From contig NC_068984.1 of NCBI RefSeq assembly GCF_001194135.2, forward strand, positions 11,800,266 to 11,864,265: a stretch of 64,000 nt of DNA. Reading direction: 5' to 3'. Shown piece after piece: positions 13,801 to 25,631 of this stretch (positions are counted from its first letter, which is position 1; every line of letters begins with the position of its first letter). Under the pieces are notes generated by a model. That model saw only the letters and a program-made list of their open reading frames with translations, made no database searches and had not been told where the DNA came from. A program made the translations under genes and the position numbers. This DNA is from Octopus bimaculoides. Lineage: Eukaryota.

Positions 13801-14342
13801 CCTCAGGCAGTTTAGTTTCAAAAGGGTTGTTTTCACTAATCTTTTCATCATCATCATCATCATCATCATCACTATTTTCTATGCTACCAGTGGTGGGGGA
13901 TTAGCAGGATTGTAAGGATTTGTTCTGGCCCTTTGCATTCTGAGTTTAAATCCCACTGTGGCTTATTTGAGTGGTAAATTTAATCCATCACCCAGCTTGA
14001 CCTTTAGCAGAGTCCACTCTTTTGCAAACGTTAGGGCCAAGTTTCCAGTTTGAGGATACCTTCCTCCCTACCTCCCACCCACCCACCAGTTTTGGAAGCT
14101 CTGTAACGGATCATAGGCACTGCTTTGTGACCAAAACATTAAAAAGGAAAAACGATTTTTAATGTTGAATGTCCTTCCTAACCGCAGTGACTTTATAGAG
14201 TAACCCAAGTGCATTTTATCATAACATCAGCACCAAAAGATTGATTTATCTTCGTTAGACTAAAGAGTCCACTCTATGTTGTGTGGTCTGTTTTTCTCAA
14301 GGTAAACATCACTGATAAAATGATAACCAACGAGGTAAATAT

Positions 14343-14660
14343 TTGTGTCTTAGTGGTAAGGGTATTTGGCTCACAATTGTCAGGTTGTGAGTTCGATTCC
14401 TGGTAGTGCATTTGTCTTCTTGAGCAAGACACTTCATTTTACATTTCTCCAGGCCACTCCACTGGCAAACAGGAGTTCTACCTATAATTCAAAGGGCCAG
14501 TCTTGTCACATTCTGTGTCACGCTGTATCTCCCTGAGAACTGCATCAAGGGTATGCTTGTCTGTGGAGTACTCAGTCACTTGCATGTTAATTTCACAAGC
14601 AGACTGTTCTGTTGATTGGATCAACTGGAACCCTCGTCTTTTACGTAACCGATGGAGTGC
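14343..14660 (+). mobile_element. tRNA/CORE-type SINE (family E); an inverted fragment lies at about 57800-58000
   Basis: A box TAGTGGTAAGG, B box GTTCGATTC, CORE-like TTGAGCAAGACACTTCATTT. Confidence 0.7.
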
Positions 14661-15421
14661 CAGTAAGAGGATAGTAGGAAGGGAGTTATGGAAGAGAGAA
14701 AGTGATTGCTCCATGTTGCTGGTTGATAAGGATTTTGAATAGATAAGCAGCATGAATCACATAACAATAAAGATAATAGCATGATGGATAGCAGTAGAGG
14801 TATATAATGGTAAGTAGGAATGGTGGATGTCAATGAAGAGTAGTTTGGGGTGAAAAGAGATGGTGATGGCATGGAATAAAGAAAAGTAGTTGTCTGGGGA
14901 AAACAAAGGGATAATGGTGAGGATGTTCATTATGGACAGAAGCTTTGGGACAAGCCAACTCAAAGCTGGAGACAGCATGTCTGATATTAGCTGGATTATA
15001 GTCCACCTAATTGTCAAAGCCTCTAGAATATAGTTCCAACCTTTTCCAATGAAACTACATTAGATGTAGATATTTATAGCCTGAGCAAATGCACCAAAGT
15101 GAATCATCTGTTTCAAACTAATGTCTGTGTGTGTGTGTGTGTGTGTGTATCATATTATATTAACATTTATTATATCGTTATTGTTTTAATGTCATATTAA
15201 GTCATTAAAAATTGGGCACTTTTGGAGTTTAAATGTATATTTTTGGTTTTGCTTCAGCTTATTAGCTCTAACCATGCTACAATACTAGCATAAAAAGATA
15301 TAGTTTTAAATATTGTAAAAGAACATGTGTAATCTGTTACCATATATAATACAGATCTTGATTGGGGGAGGATCCCTGGTGGTCTGCAAAGGTAGTACTA
15401 GGGGTCCGTGAACTAAATTCA

Positions 15422-15575
15422 TCTCTGAGTGGTTGGCGTTAGGAAGGGCATCCAGCTGTAGAAACTCTGCCAAATTAGAATGGAGCCTGGTGTTGCCATC
15501 CGGTTTCACCAGTCCTCAGTCAAATCGTCCAACCCATGCTAGCATGGAAAGCGGACGTTAAACGATGATGATGAT
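15422..15575 (+). mobile_element. 5'-truncated RTE-LINE 3' tail (family D); further copies at about 11866-12045(-), 18110-18290(+), 22845-23000(+), 33730-33940(+), 49365-49505(+), 59915-60105(+)
   Basis: AGGAAGGGCATCCAGCTGTAGAAAC...CCAACCCATGCTAGCATGGAAAGCGGACGTTAAAC followed by a (GAT)n tail. Confidence 0.8.
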
Positions 15576-15649
15576 ATACACTGGAGTAAGCACATAAATG
15601 CAAAACAAGGTGGAAAAAAGAGTACTCAAATACCAGAAGTAGAGTAATG

Positions 15650-15960
15650 TACTTTATTAAAAACAGAAAAATATCACAAAAACTGTTACTCAGAATTTCA
15701 CATTCCCATTCGTCAGACAGTTTTGTTAGAATGGAACAGAAATGACAATATAACCAAACATAAAATAGTTTCAACGATACACTTTTGAAAATGGAAAGGT
15801 CCAATGAAACAACACCATTTTCAAAAGTGTATCATTTAAACTATTCTATGTTTGGTTATATCGTCATTTCTGTTCCATTCTAACAAAACTGTCCGACGAA
15901 CAGGAACGTGAAACTCTGAGTAACAGTTTTTGTGATATTTCTGCTGCTTTTAATAAAGTA
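15650..15960. mobile_element. Foldback element (145/146-bp arms, 20-nt loop) with a hammerhead in each arm; Penelope-like pLTR pair
   Basis: 15650-15794 is the reverse complement of 15815-15960 with few mismatches. (TA)n follows. The left arm extends to about 15577 beyond an AATAAA on the - strand. Confidence 0.8.
15679..15724 (-). ncRNA. Minimal type I hammerhead ribozyme, canonical core
   Basis: The - strand reads AAAACUGU-CUGACGA-AU(gggaau)GU-GAAA-UUC-U-GAG-UA-ACAGUUUU. Stem I is 8 bp, the CUGANGA and GAAA boxes are intact, the triplet is GUA, and stems II and III are short with G-U pairs. Confidence 0.75.
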
Positions 15961-16748
15961 TATATATATATATATATATATAAGGATAAGCATATCAAAA
16001 GGGGTCCGTGGTGAAACTCATTTAAATAAAAGGGTTGGGGACCACTGGTATAGGTCTAAGTAACAAAATTAAGGTTTATTCTCAGCATAAGGATAACCTA
16101 AACTTATACTTTTATAAAACTGAGTTGTCATATCATAGAATCTCATACAGAGCTTAGCTTTTAGGTCAACATAAAATAGCAATCCTTTTATTCCTTCTGA
16201 TGTGTGGGTGATAAAAAAAGAAGTCTAACAACACATCTCAGTAACATTGATATCTCAGTGTGAACATTAAAACTTGCTTGACAAGTTTGTAACAATCTGA
16301 AAAATCCATTGCTAACAAGGAATTGAAGAAAATTAAGCTGCAACCAATCATGGACTTCTTCATATGAAGTTTCTTTACAAATATCACTATAAAATGAATT
16401 GGTAGCATATTAAATTTACTGCTAACGATGATGGTAAAGGGGCCTCTCTCATAGCCCTTTTGATTCTAACCAGTCTGAATCAGCCCCTGGTTCTATGATA
16501 TGAACTTCCTGTCTTAAAGAATTTTAAATTAAAACTTACCATCAAAATTTCATGTTCTGAACTCCAGCTTCATGACAGTTATGACGGTACAGTTCAACAG
16601 AAATATGGTTGCAAAAGTGGTAAATTCTATTAATTCTTGAGCATGTTGGAGTAACTAAGTAAATACTAATTTCAAGTTTTGGTACAAGGCCAGCAATTTC
16701 AGAGACAGGGGTAAGTTGATTACATCGACCACAATGCTCAACTGGTAC

Positions 16749-17047
16749 CCAGGACTTATTCTTTGTAAACCTAGTACTTATTCTATCGGTCTCTTTTGCC
16801 GATACCGCTAAGTTACGGGGACGTAAACACACCACCATTGGTTGTCAAGCAGTGATAGGTGGACAAACACAGACACACAAACATGTACACACATACATAT
16901 ATACGACGGGCTTCTTTCAGTTTCCGTCTACCAAATCCACTCACAAGGCTTTGGTCAGCCCGAGACTATAGTAGAAGACACTTGCCCAAGGTGCCACGCA
17001 GAACCATGTGGTTCATAAGCAAGCTACTTACCACACAGCCACTCCTG
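16749..17047 (-). mobile_element. tRNA/CORE-SINE family A copy
   Basis: Reverse complement of GGAGTGGCTGTGTGGTAAGTAGCTTGC...GGCACCTTGGGCAAGTGTCTTC...AAGAATAAGTCCTGGG. Confidence 0.85.
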
Positions 17048-19278
17048 TGTAATTTGAGGGATATTTGGCTGCCATTTTTTGCAAGTCAGGCAATTCATGT
17101 TTACATTTACCTCATGGATGCAGCATCACTGCAAAGCTTGGGAGTTTTCTCTGTGTAGTTCTGAATCTCACAATCTCTATGTCTCACACACTAGTTTAAT
17201 TCAGTTGAACTGTTCAACACATGATTGTAAAGCTAAGCAAAAAAGAAAATCACACAAAAACGTATTCTTTTTGCTGAAAAATTAAATGGTAATACCATTG
17301 ATATTCAATACTTGATAAAAAAAAAAAAAAAATATGCACAAATCTAAATGTGAAGAACTTGTTCATGTTCAACAAAGCATTTTTAATTTTTTCATTGCTA
17401 TTCACAAGGAAAATATTAAGATAATCCAGTGCTTAAGTCAAATTACTTTCTTGGCAGATATTATAATTTTTATCAAATAATATTTTATATATATATATAA
17501 TGTATATAAGTGGATCTGTCTACCTTGGAATAAGGCAGAGAGATCTGATTTGCAAATAATAAAAAGACTAACTGAAAATAAACAGTGGAAACAATTTATG
17601 CTAATATGTGAAAATGTCTGCCAAATTGATCGTTGATCTCCATTACTGCTGCTGTTAATGATGATGATGCTCTAAGTAAAAAAAATTACTATTCAAAACT
17701 TGTCTGAGAGTGATAACATTCACTATATTTTTTATGTTCTTCTTCATGATGATGATGATGATATCATTTAATTGCAGACTAATCTTAAGTGTGTGTGTGT
17801 ATATATATTCATATATATGTTAAACTGTCTTTAAATGATATACATATTATCAGTTGAGTAATGCCAAATAGCAAATTTGGTAACCAAAGTAGATAGTCGA
17901 AATGTTTGCTCAAATTTCAGCAAAATATCAAATCTCTGCCATTTCATTTAAAAAAGGTATACTGCAGAAATTGATACGCTAACTTATATATAGTCTCATA
18001 GTCCCCTTCTTGTTTCTCCTTACACTTTATCTCCTGCCTACTGAGAAGTGGGTCTTGTGGGACCCTTTACAGTAAATAACCCTTGAAGAATTTTAACACG
18101 TAAAAAGTACCAATGCCAGTGCCACATATTAAGCCCCCAGTACACTCTGGGGACTTAATATGGAAGAGCATCCAACTATAGAACCCATGCCATAACAGAG
18201 ACAACTGGAGCCTGGGCAGCTGTGTAGAGCTCCTGCCAAACTGTTCAACCCATGCCAGCATGGAAAATGGATCTTAAATGATGATGGACATTATAATACA
18301 ATTTTTCTATTTTGTTCTGTCCAAATATTCTCATCATCATCATCATCATAGTTTTTACATCTGCTTCTTTCATACAAGCATGGATTGGATGAGACTTGTT
18401 GAAGTAATATTCTATGGTCGAATACCTTTCTTGTTTATTTTCAAGTAAAGAACTTTGTTCCATTGGTCTTTGCAAGAAGTTATTCTGCTGAGCTGTAGGA
18501 AGGACATAAACACCATCACTGCTTAAGCAATGTGAATGTGAAGAGACATGAAGACAAACACATATACACACATCCACGTGTGTGCATGCACACATATTCA
18601 CGTGCCTGGATTCTGCATAGTTTCCACCTACCAAATATGAACTCACTGATATGAACACACTCCCACATACACATACGATGGGCTTCAGTTTCACTCACAA
18701 GGTATTCATCTCATTTGAAGGCAACAATTTAGTGTGGCACAGGAGTGGCTGTGTGGTAAGTAGCTTGCTTACCAACCACATGGTTCCAGGTTCAGTCCCA
18801 AGGTGTCATGTTGTAGGACTGAACATTCAGAAAGTAATATTTATATGTCAGCCCTGATCCAACAGACCTATGTTGAAAAATTTTCCTGCTATAACCTTCC
18901 TATCTTTTCAGACTTAGTGTGTCTAAGACTGCATTACCTAATGTTTTTACTTTTTAAAGACCATACGGTATGATTGATGGTGGTGGTGGGTATCTGGCTG
19001 CTATTTCTAGCAAGTCAACACTGCAGCTCCTCGTATAATTTTGTTGTAACCAAGCTAGCATTGATAAAATATATTTCCACATATTGCATGTGAACATTGA
19101 TCAGATAAGATAGAAACAAAACAAAACAATCACATGACATCTGCTGCTTGTTTATTTTTCTTCTTCCTATTTCCACCCTACCCTACCCTACCCTACCTCT
19201 CCAATGACCGTATTTAAATTGGCAAGCTGGCAGATTCATTAGAGTGTCAGAAAAACGACTTTGCAATATTTATTCTGA

Positions 19279-19749
19279 TTAACCCTTTTGTTACCATATT
19301 TCTGTTGAGATGCTCTATGTTTCTTTTAATTAATTTTAAGTATAACAAAGAATTTAGTAAAATAATTTAGTTATCATTAAGATAGTATTAGGAACATAAA
19401 TCATGACTAAGATTTGGTGGAAGATTTTAATTCAGAACTTTTGAAAACTAGACATTTGTACTGCAGAGTATGAAGCGGTTTCAGCCGGGTTGGTATCAAA
19501 AGGGTTAATTAATCATTTGTTTACCCTTTTGTTACCATATTTCTGTTGAGATGCTCTGTATTCCCTTCAATTAATTGTAAATATAACAAAGAATTGAGTA
19601 AAATAACTTAGTTATCATTAAGTTATCTTAGTTAGGAACATAAATTGTGACTAAGGTTTGGAAGATTTTAATTCAGAACTTTTGGAAACAAGACATTTGT
19701 ACTACAGAGCCTGAGGCAGTTTCAGCCAGGTTGGTATCAAAAGGATTAA
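19279..19749 (+). mobile_element. Tandem dimer of piggyBac-type MITE (units 19279-19508 and about 19520-19749)
   Basis: Each unit is bounded by TTAA|CCCTTTTGTTACCA...TGGTATCAAAAGGG|TTAA; TTAA target plus CCCT/AGGG termini is the piggyBac signature. Confidence 0.8.
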
Positions 19750-19754
19750 GTCAG

Positions 19755-19975
19755 TGAGCTGGCAGAATCGTTAGCACACCAAGCAAAATGCTTAGCAGCA
19801 TTTCATCCACCTTTACATTCTGAGTTCAAATTCTACCTTTTATCCTTTTGGGGGGTCGATAAAGTAAGCACCAGTTCAGCATTGGGGTTGATGGAATCAG
19901 TTTACACCCACCCCCACCAAAAAAAAAAAAAAAAAAAATTGCTGGCCTTGTGCCAAAACTTGACACCAAAATTTG
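19755..19975 (+). mobile_element. tRNA-derived SINE family B; further copies at about 23655-23838, 29805-29980, 46680-46810, 47148-47330, 50146-50365, 54560-54765 (all +)
   Basis: GAGCTGGCAGAATCGTTAGC...CTGAGTTCAAATTC (A/B boxes)...GGGGTCGATAAAATAAGTACCAG motif is shared among the copies. Confidence 0.8.
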
Positions 19976-21739
19976 TTCCACTTCTTTATATTCTCAGTTC
20001 ACACTCCCACCAAGATCAACTTCGCCTTTCATTCTTTCAGGGTCGAAAAAGTATCAATGGAATACTGCGGTCGATAGTATCAATTAATTCTCCATTCTCA
20101 TAATGCTCGCCTCGTGCTTAAATCAACAACAATATCTAAATTAGTTGTATGCTGTCAACTTAACATGACAGTCCCATGAAGGGAATCATACTACTGCTAT
20201 TTAGCCCTAAGAAGCTGCACCGCTTCCTGTCAGCCTTGACACATTTCTTGTGTCAATATCTAAATTGAATATATTTAAATTAGAATCTTAGTGGAAAGAA
20301 TCACAAAATGGATTCCTCAAGGCCAGCCAACTTGCAGGAGACTTAGCTATTGACCAAGAATGAGCTGATTAAATAATGTCCATAGTCTCAGTTGGTCATG
20401 ATTAGGAATCCAGCCAGAAAGTGTAATGGATGGTTGCTTCTGTTAGGTCCCTGTGGAGGAGGAGGTGCCTGAGGACTCTACCCCCCACAACCTTCTCAGA
20501 AATAGTGGGCAAAGAAGATGGATGGATATCTAATTTTAAATGTTTAATTATCAATAAATTATAAACTAATCCATATAATCCATTTTGTAAAATTGTTGCC
20601 CATAAAATTTTACTTCCCATTTTTTTTTTTTTGCTTAATTAAAATTCAATTCTTAGAAAAGCAATGTTTGCCTTATGAATGAGAAATTCTATTATTTAGA
20701 AAGAAATTAAAATTTTTAAATTAATTGGAATTTTCCATAATAGAGGGGACTGAGATAGTGGAACATTAGCTTAATGGGTTTAGAGTTTTCAATCCTCTCT
20801 CTCTCTCTGTTTAATCTTAGGATTAAACTCCAGTGTAGCTGTGTGATTAATAAGTTTGCTTCTGAACCTTGTGGTCTCAGGTTGAATTCTACTGTGTCAC
20901 ACCTTGGGAATGTGTCTTCTACCATAGCACTGGGCTGACTAAAGTCTCCTGAATGAATTTGGTGGACAGAAATTGAAAGTAGCCTGCTGCATGTATGTAT
21001 GTATGTGTGTATGTGTGCCCTTAAGTTGATATCACATGAGGGTTGTAAATGAGCATCACCATTATACAAGCAGTGTTGTTTGTTCCCTGTCTTGCATGAA
21101 AAGCTGGTCTAGTCATGGGAAAATATTACCTTGTCTGGAAACAGGTGAGGGTTGGTGACAAGAAGTGTATCTGGCCTTAGAAAATCTGCCTCAGCAAAAT
21201 TCTGTCTGACCCATACAAGCATGGAAAAGTGGACATTAAACCATTGATGGTGATTATGAATTTAATCCCAGGATTATTTGTTGCTTTTTGTGTGTTTGTG
21301 TCTCTCTCTCCAGATCTGATAATGCAAGTTTCAGCAATATATTAAAATCAGTTACCACAATTACAGTCCTTATAACAATAATGCTTTTATGCCTGGTAAC
21401 ACATAGTCAATATTAATTGAAAACAATTAACTTGTTTGTTAAGCCTTAAAATAATAAATTACTTCATGGATCTAAGGATTTCTCAAGTAGCCTGACTGGC
21501 AGTAACTTGTTGTTTCTACTGATAATTAAAACTATCAGTATATTTTTTTATATGCTTTTTGTGTTTTGTTTTTTTCCTTACAAATGTTAATTGTTTTTAG
21601 AACAGTTTTATCACCACACTCCTTGTATTGCTTGTGTGCAATATGATTGCAATAATATCAACTTTAATAAATACTTTGAGATAAGGTGTATACAAACTGA
21701 CTTAGAAGATAGAAAGTATACATACAGGCTCACATGGTT

Positions 21740-21880
21740 CCCAGCCTCAGGAAGACCTGGGATGAGGTGATGAAGCATAACCTTTGAATGTTGGGCCTCA
21801 CCGAGGTGATGACAAGTGACCGAGATCTTTGGAGATATACTGTGCTTGAGAAGACCCGGCAAGCCCATTTGAGTCATTGC
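21740..21880 (+). mobile_element. RTE-clade LINE, C-terminal ORF fragment (pseudogenised)
   Basis: Translates RKTWDEVMKHNL*MLGLTEVMTSDRDLWRYTVLEKTRQA, matching the RTE C-terminal pattern KTW.EVV..DL..LGL.....DR..WR. The same CTTGAGAAGACC end precedes the family-D UTR near 50420. Confidence 0.75.
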
Positions 21881-22489
21881 ACATTTTATGTGGTGTTCTC
21901 ACTACATAAATAAATGAAGTTTGTACGAAACGTACGTACTGCTATAACCTATTGAATTTTTGTTGCTTTTCTTCAAATTTTATTCACCAAATCTCTTGAT
22001 TTTGTTTTTGGTTTTTACCCTACCAAATTCTGGTGCCTCAAACATTTTAAGTACCACATTTAATCTTTCGATTAAATCTATATTATTATNNNNNNNNNNT
22101 ATATATATACACACACACACACACACGATGGGCTTCTTTCAGTTTCCTTCTACCAAATCCACTCACAAGGCCTTGGTTGGTCCAAGGCTATTGTAGAAGA
22201 CAGTTGCCCAAGGTGCCACACAGTGGGACTGAACCTGGAACCATGTGGTTGAGAAGCAAGCTTCTTACCACACAGCCACACCTGTGTATGTTTGTGTGTA
22301 TATATATATTAGAAGGTTTGGAGGTGATGTACAAGAATTATATATTAGAAAAAATAAGGTACTCAGACATCTGGATGGTTGTACATTTACAGATTTTTAT
22401 TAATATGTCACATGTTTTTATAAATTAGCGCTTTTGTCTATTCTTGTAGATTCTCCAGATTTTGGAGAATCTACAAGAATAGATGCAAG

Positions 22490-22810
22490 AAACCAGCACG
22501 TGTATGGGGTCATCAGGAGAGAATGCGCACCATTTCGGGGCCTACCTCTTGACAGCATCAATGTGCACTGGCCCCCCCCTCACTGATATGAGGCCCCCGC
22601 TTGCTAGATCAATTTTTTCTCAAATAAAGCTCAATATTCTTCTAGCCATTGCTCATCGTCTCTTTTTAACCAAATCCAGTGGCTAGCCTTTTCCACTGTA
22701 GTTTGGATATCAGTCATGGTGGTATTTACCTTCCGATGAGTTAGGCCTAATGATAACAGCAGTCGTCTCACACTACTGTGTCCAACAAATCCTCTACATC
22801 CAAGGGTTAA
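22490..22810 (-). mobile_element. HERO-like (RLE-type) non-LTR retrotransposon, 3' fragment with 3' UTR
   Basis: The - strand reads LGCRGFVGHSSVRRLLLSLGLTHRKVNTTMTDIQTTVEKASHWIWLKRDDEQWLEEY-stop (stop at 22631-22633). This matches the GCRGF...AE.AS.W.W.KR C-terminus I associate with HERO-type elements. A GC-rich structured UTR follows. Confidence 0.75.
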
Positions 22811-23119
22811 GGCATATATAGCTCTGAATATGAGTATGTTTACATGCATTGTATTTGGGACATCCAACTGTAGAAACCTTGCCAAACGGTCAACTGGAGC
22901 CCGTTGCAGCTCTCTGGCTTGCCAGTTCCTGCTAAACAGTCCAACCCATTCCAGCATGGGAAACAGATGTTAATTGATGATGATAGTGATGATGATGATC
23001 TCTGCAAATGGTGTATGATAGATCTACTTGTAGACTGCATTCATGAAGTTTTGGCATTGCTTATTTGACAGCAGAGGTTTTTTCTCTCTCATTCTTTATG
23101 TGTGGGTGAGCATATTTCT

Positions 23120-23246
23120 CTTTTTGTGTCTGAGGAGAGAGAAAGTGTTTATCTCAGTTGTGCTCAATTAACAAATTGCAATCTCCCTTTGTCTGTGTCT
23201 CAGGAGAGGGAAAGTGTTTATCTCAATTGTACTCAATTAATAAATT

Positions 23247-23293
<47 letters not shown>

Positions 23294-23480
23294 NNNNNNN
23301 NNNNNNNNNNNNNNNNNNNNNNNNNNNNNNNNNNNNNNNNNNNNNNNNNNNNNNNNNNNNNNNNNNNNNNNNNNNNNNNNNNNNNNNNNNNNNNNNNNNN
23401 NNNNNNNNNNNNNNNNNNNNNNNNNNNNNNNNNNNNNNAAGTGTTTATCTCAATTGTGCTCAATTAATAAATTGTAATTC
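23120..23480. repeat. ~69-bp minisatellite interrupted by (CT)n and a gap
   Basis: AAAGTGTTTATCTCA(G/A)TTGTGCTCAATTAA(C/T)AAATTG recurs at 23142, 23211 and 23439. Confidence 0.7.
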
Positions 23481-23937
23481 CCTCTAGGTCTTTCTCTATG
23501 TGCATGCACACACATACACACACACGTTTGTTTACCTCCAGCACCAAAAAGTGCTGTCACCAAACATCTAGTCAGCCGTGCCAACTCATCAGCCCCTAAA
23601 CAGCAGCACCCAACTGTCTCTTTCCACTCCGCAGTATGGCTGTATTTCTAAACCGTTAGCATGCCAGGCAAAATGCTCAGCGATATTCTGTCCATCTTTA
23701 CATTCTGAGGTCAACTTTGTCTTACATCCTTTCGCGGGGTGGGTCGATAAAATAAGTACCAGCTGAGCACTGGTGTCAATGTAATCAACTTACACCCCCC
23801 CCCACCAAATTGCTGGCCTTGTGCCAAAATTAGAAACCAATATTTTAGTGTCAATGATCTTGCCTATCTAACTCATTGATCTTTTGCTTGGTTGGGAGTC
23901 TTCCAGATCTTGAGAAGGATCTTGAATACATGCATAT

Positions 23938-24048
23938 TCCCACTGCGTGACACCTTGGGCAAGTGTCTTCTACTATAGCCTCAGGCCGACCAAAGCCTTG
24001 TGAGTGGATTTAGTAGACAGAAACTGAAAGAAGCCTGTTGTATATATG

Positions 24049-24095
<47 letters not shown>

Positions 24096-24305
24096 ATTTG
24101 TTATTTGTGTCTCTGTTTGTCCCCCCTAACATCGCTTGACAACTGATGGTGGTGTGTTTATGTCCCTGTAATTTGGCGGTTTGGCAAAAGAGACCGATAG
24201 AATAAGTACTAGGCTTACAAAGAAAAAGTTCTGGGGTCGATTTGCTCAACTAAAGGTGGTGCTCCAGCATGGCCGCAGTCAAATGACTGAAACAAGTAAG
24301 AGAGA
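23938..24305 (+). mobile_element. tRNA/CORE-SINE family A, head-truncated
   Basis: Starts at the CORE-like CACCTTGGGCAAGTG, with an internal (TA)n and the family-A tail. Confidence 0.85.
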
Positions 24306-25588
24306 GTATACACGTGAAATTGTCAAAATTTAATTTTATCAGTGAAACAGTTAGCAATAGATAATGGATGAGTTTATATCCTGATGTGGGTGACTACCTG
24401 TGCCTGCTTGCTTGAAGCTTCATGTGTAATTGAGATATCATTATTTTCTGTTTTCATCTATGCTCAAACTAATTCAATTAAGAATCTCCATTTGGAGAGA
24501 GAAAGTCTGTAGATTCAGTCTAAAAATAAATTTGATATTTTTATTTTACTGAAGATTGTTAAACTTAGCAATGGTAGATTTTAGTGCTTAATTCTGCTGA
24601 TTTATTTCTAGTCTCTTTAGTCATAGCTAAAAACCTTTACATTCCTTCCACGAAATTGAAGCATTGTTTATTTATTTACTTATTTATTGTGTGTTGTTTC
24701 TGTAACATTTAACATTTGAAGTTCCAAGCTAGTTAATTTCATTACTAACATATTTTCTTTCATCTCTAATTTCTCTTGAATATTCCCTGATAATTCTGGT
24801 ATTTTATGACTTTTGTTATATATTTATATGAGAGAGAGAGAGACAAATACACCCTTCTAAGAAAAAGATGTCTAACAAACATCTACTTCCGGTACAGGAT
24901 AGAGATAATCTACCCATGTGTGTACTTACATACTCTTACCTCTGAGGGACATCACTTGTGTCTGTAAGAGTCAGGGCTCCACTTCATACAGATATCATCA
25001 TCATTTTACATCCAGAATGAGACAATTAGGCACAGTTGTTTGGACGCTGATAATTTGGCATGGCTCATTGGGCACTCAGCTTGTTTTGGCAACAGTACTT
25101 TTTGGTGCTGGAAGCAGACATAAACACATGCACATGCAGGGATATGCACTTGAGGATAGAAAAAAAGGGATAAAGAAATATGATTGACATAAATACTTTC
25201 CATCTCCTCATACACGTATAGAGAAATATGCTCACACACATATACAGAAAGAAGGGGGCAGAGGGAGAAGAAAAGAAACATTAAAACATCTGTTGTCAAA
25301 TAAGTCAGTGTTGAATTAGTGGTGTCAAATAGATGGTGCCAAAACAGCTCTGTCCTTCACCTTGGTTTCTATGACTAGATGCCCTTCTCGTCACCAACCA
25401 CTTTATTGAGTGTAATGGGTGTATTTTCTTGGTGAGTCAGAACTAACTAGAGCTGAAGATCCGACATCTGTTATTTGTGTCAGAACAGTCTTTATCTTTG
25501 CCATTGTCTCTCTCTCTCTCTCTCTCTCTCTCNNNNNNNNNNNNNNNNNNNNNNNNNNNNNNNNNNNNNNNNNNNNNNNNNNNNNNNN

Positions 25589-25631
<43 letters not shown>

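Noticed and set aside
19173-19198. (ACCCT)4 as interstitial telomeric repeat
   Set aside because: The unit is TAGGG, not TTAGGG, and there are only four copies.
22506-22542. Reading GAAA...CUGAUGA as a canonical type II hammerhead
   Set aside because: There is no stem I between the NUH and CUGAUGA, and the bases after CUGAUGA (CCCC) cannot pair with those before GAAA (GGCCCC). It is kept only as an unclassified motif.
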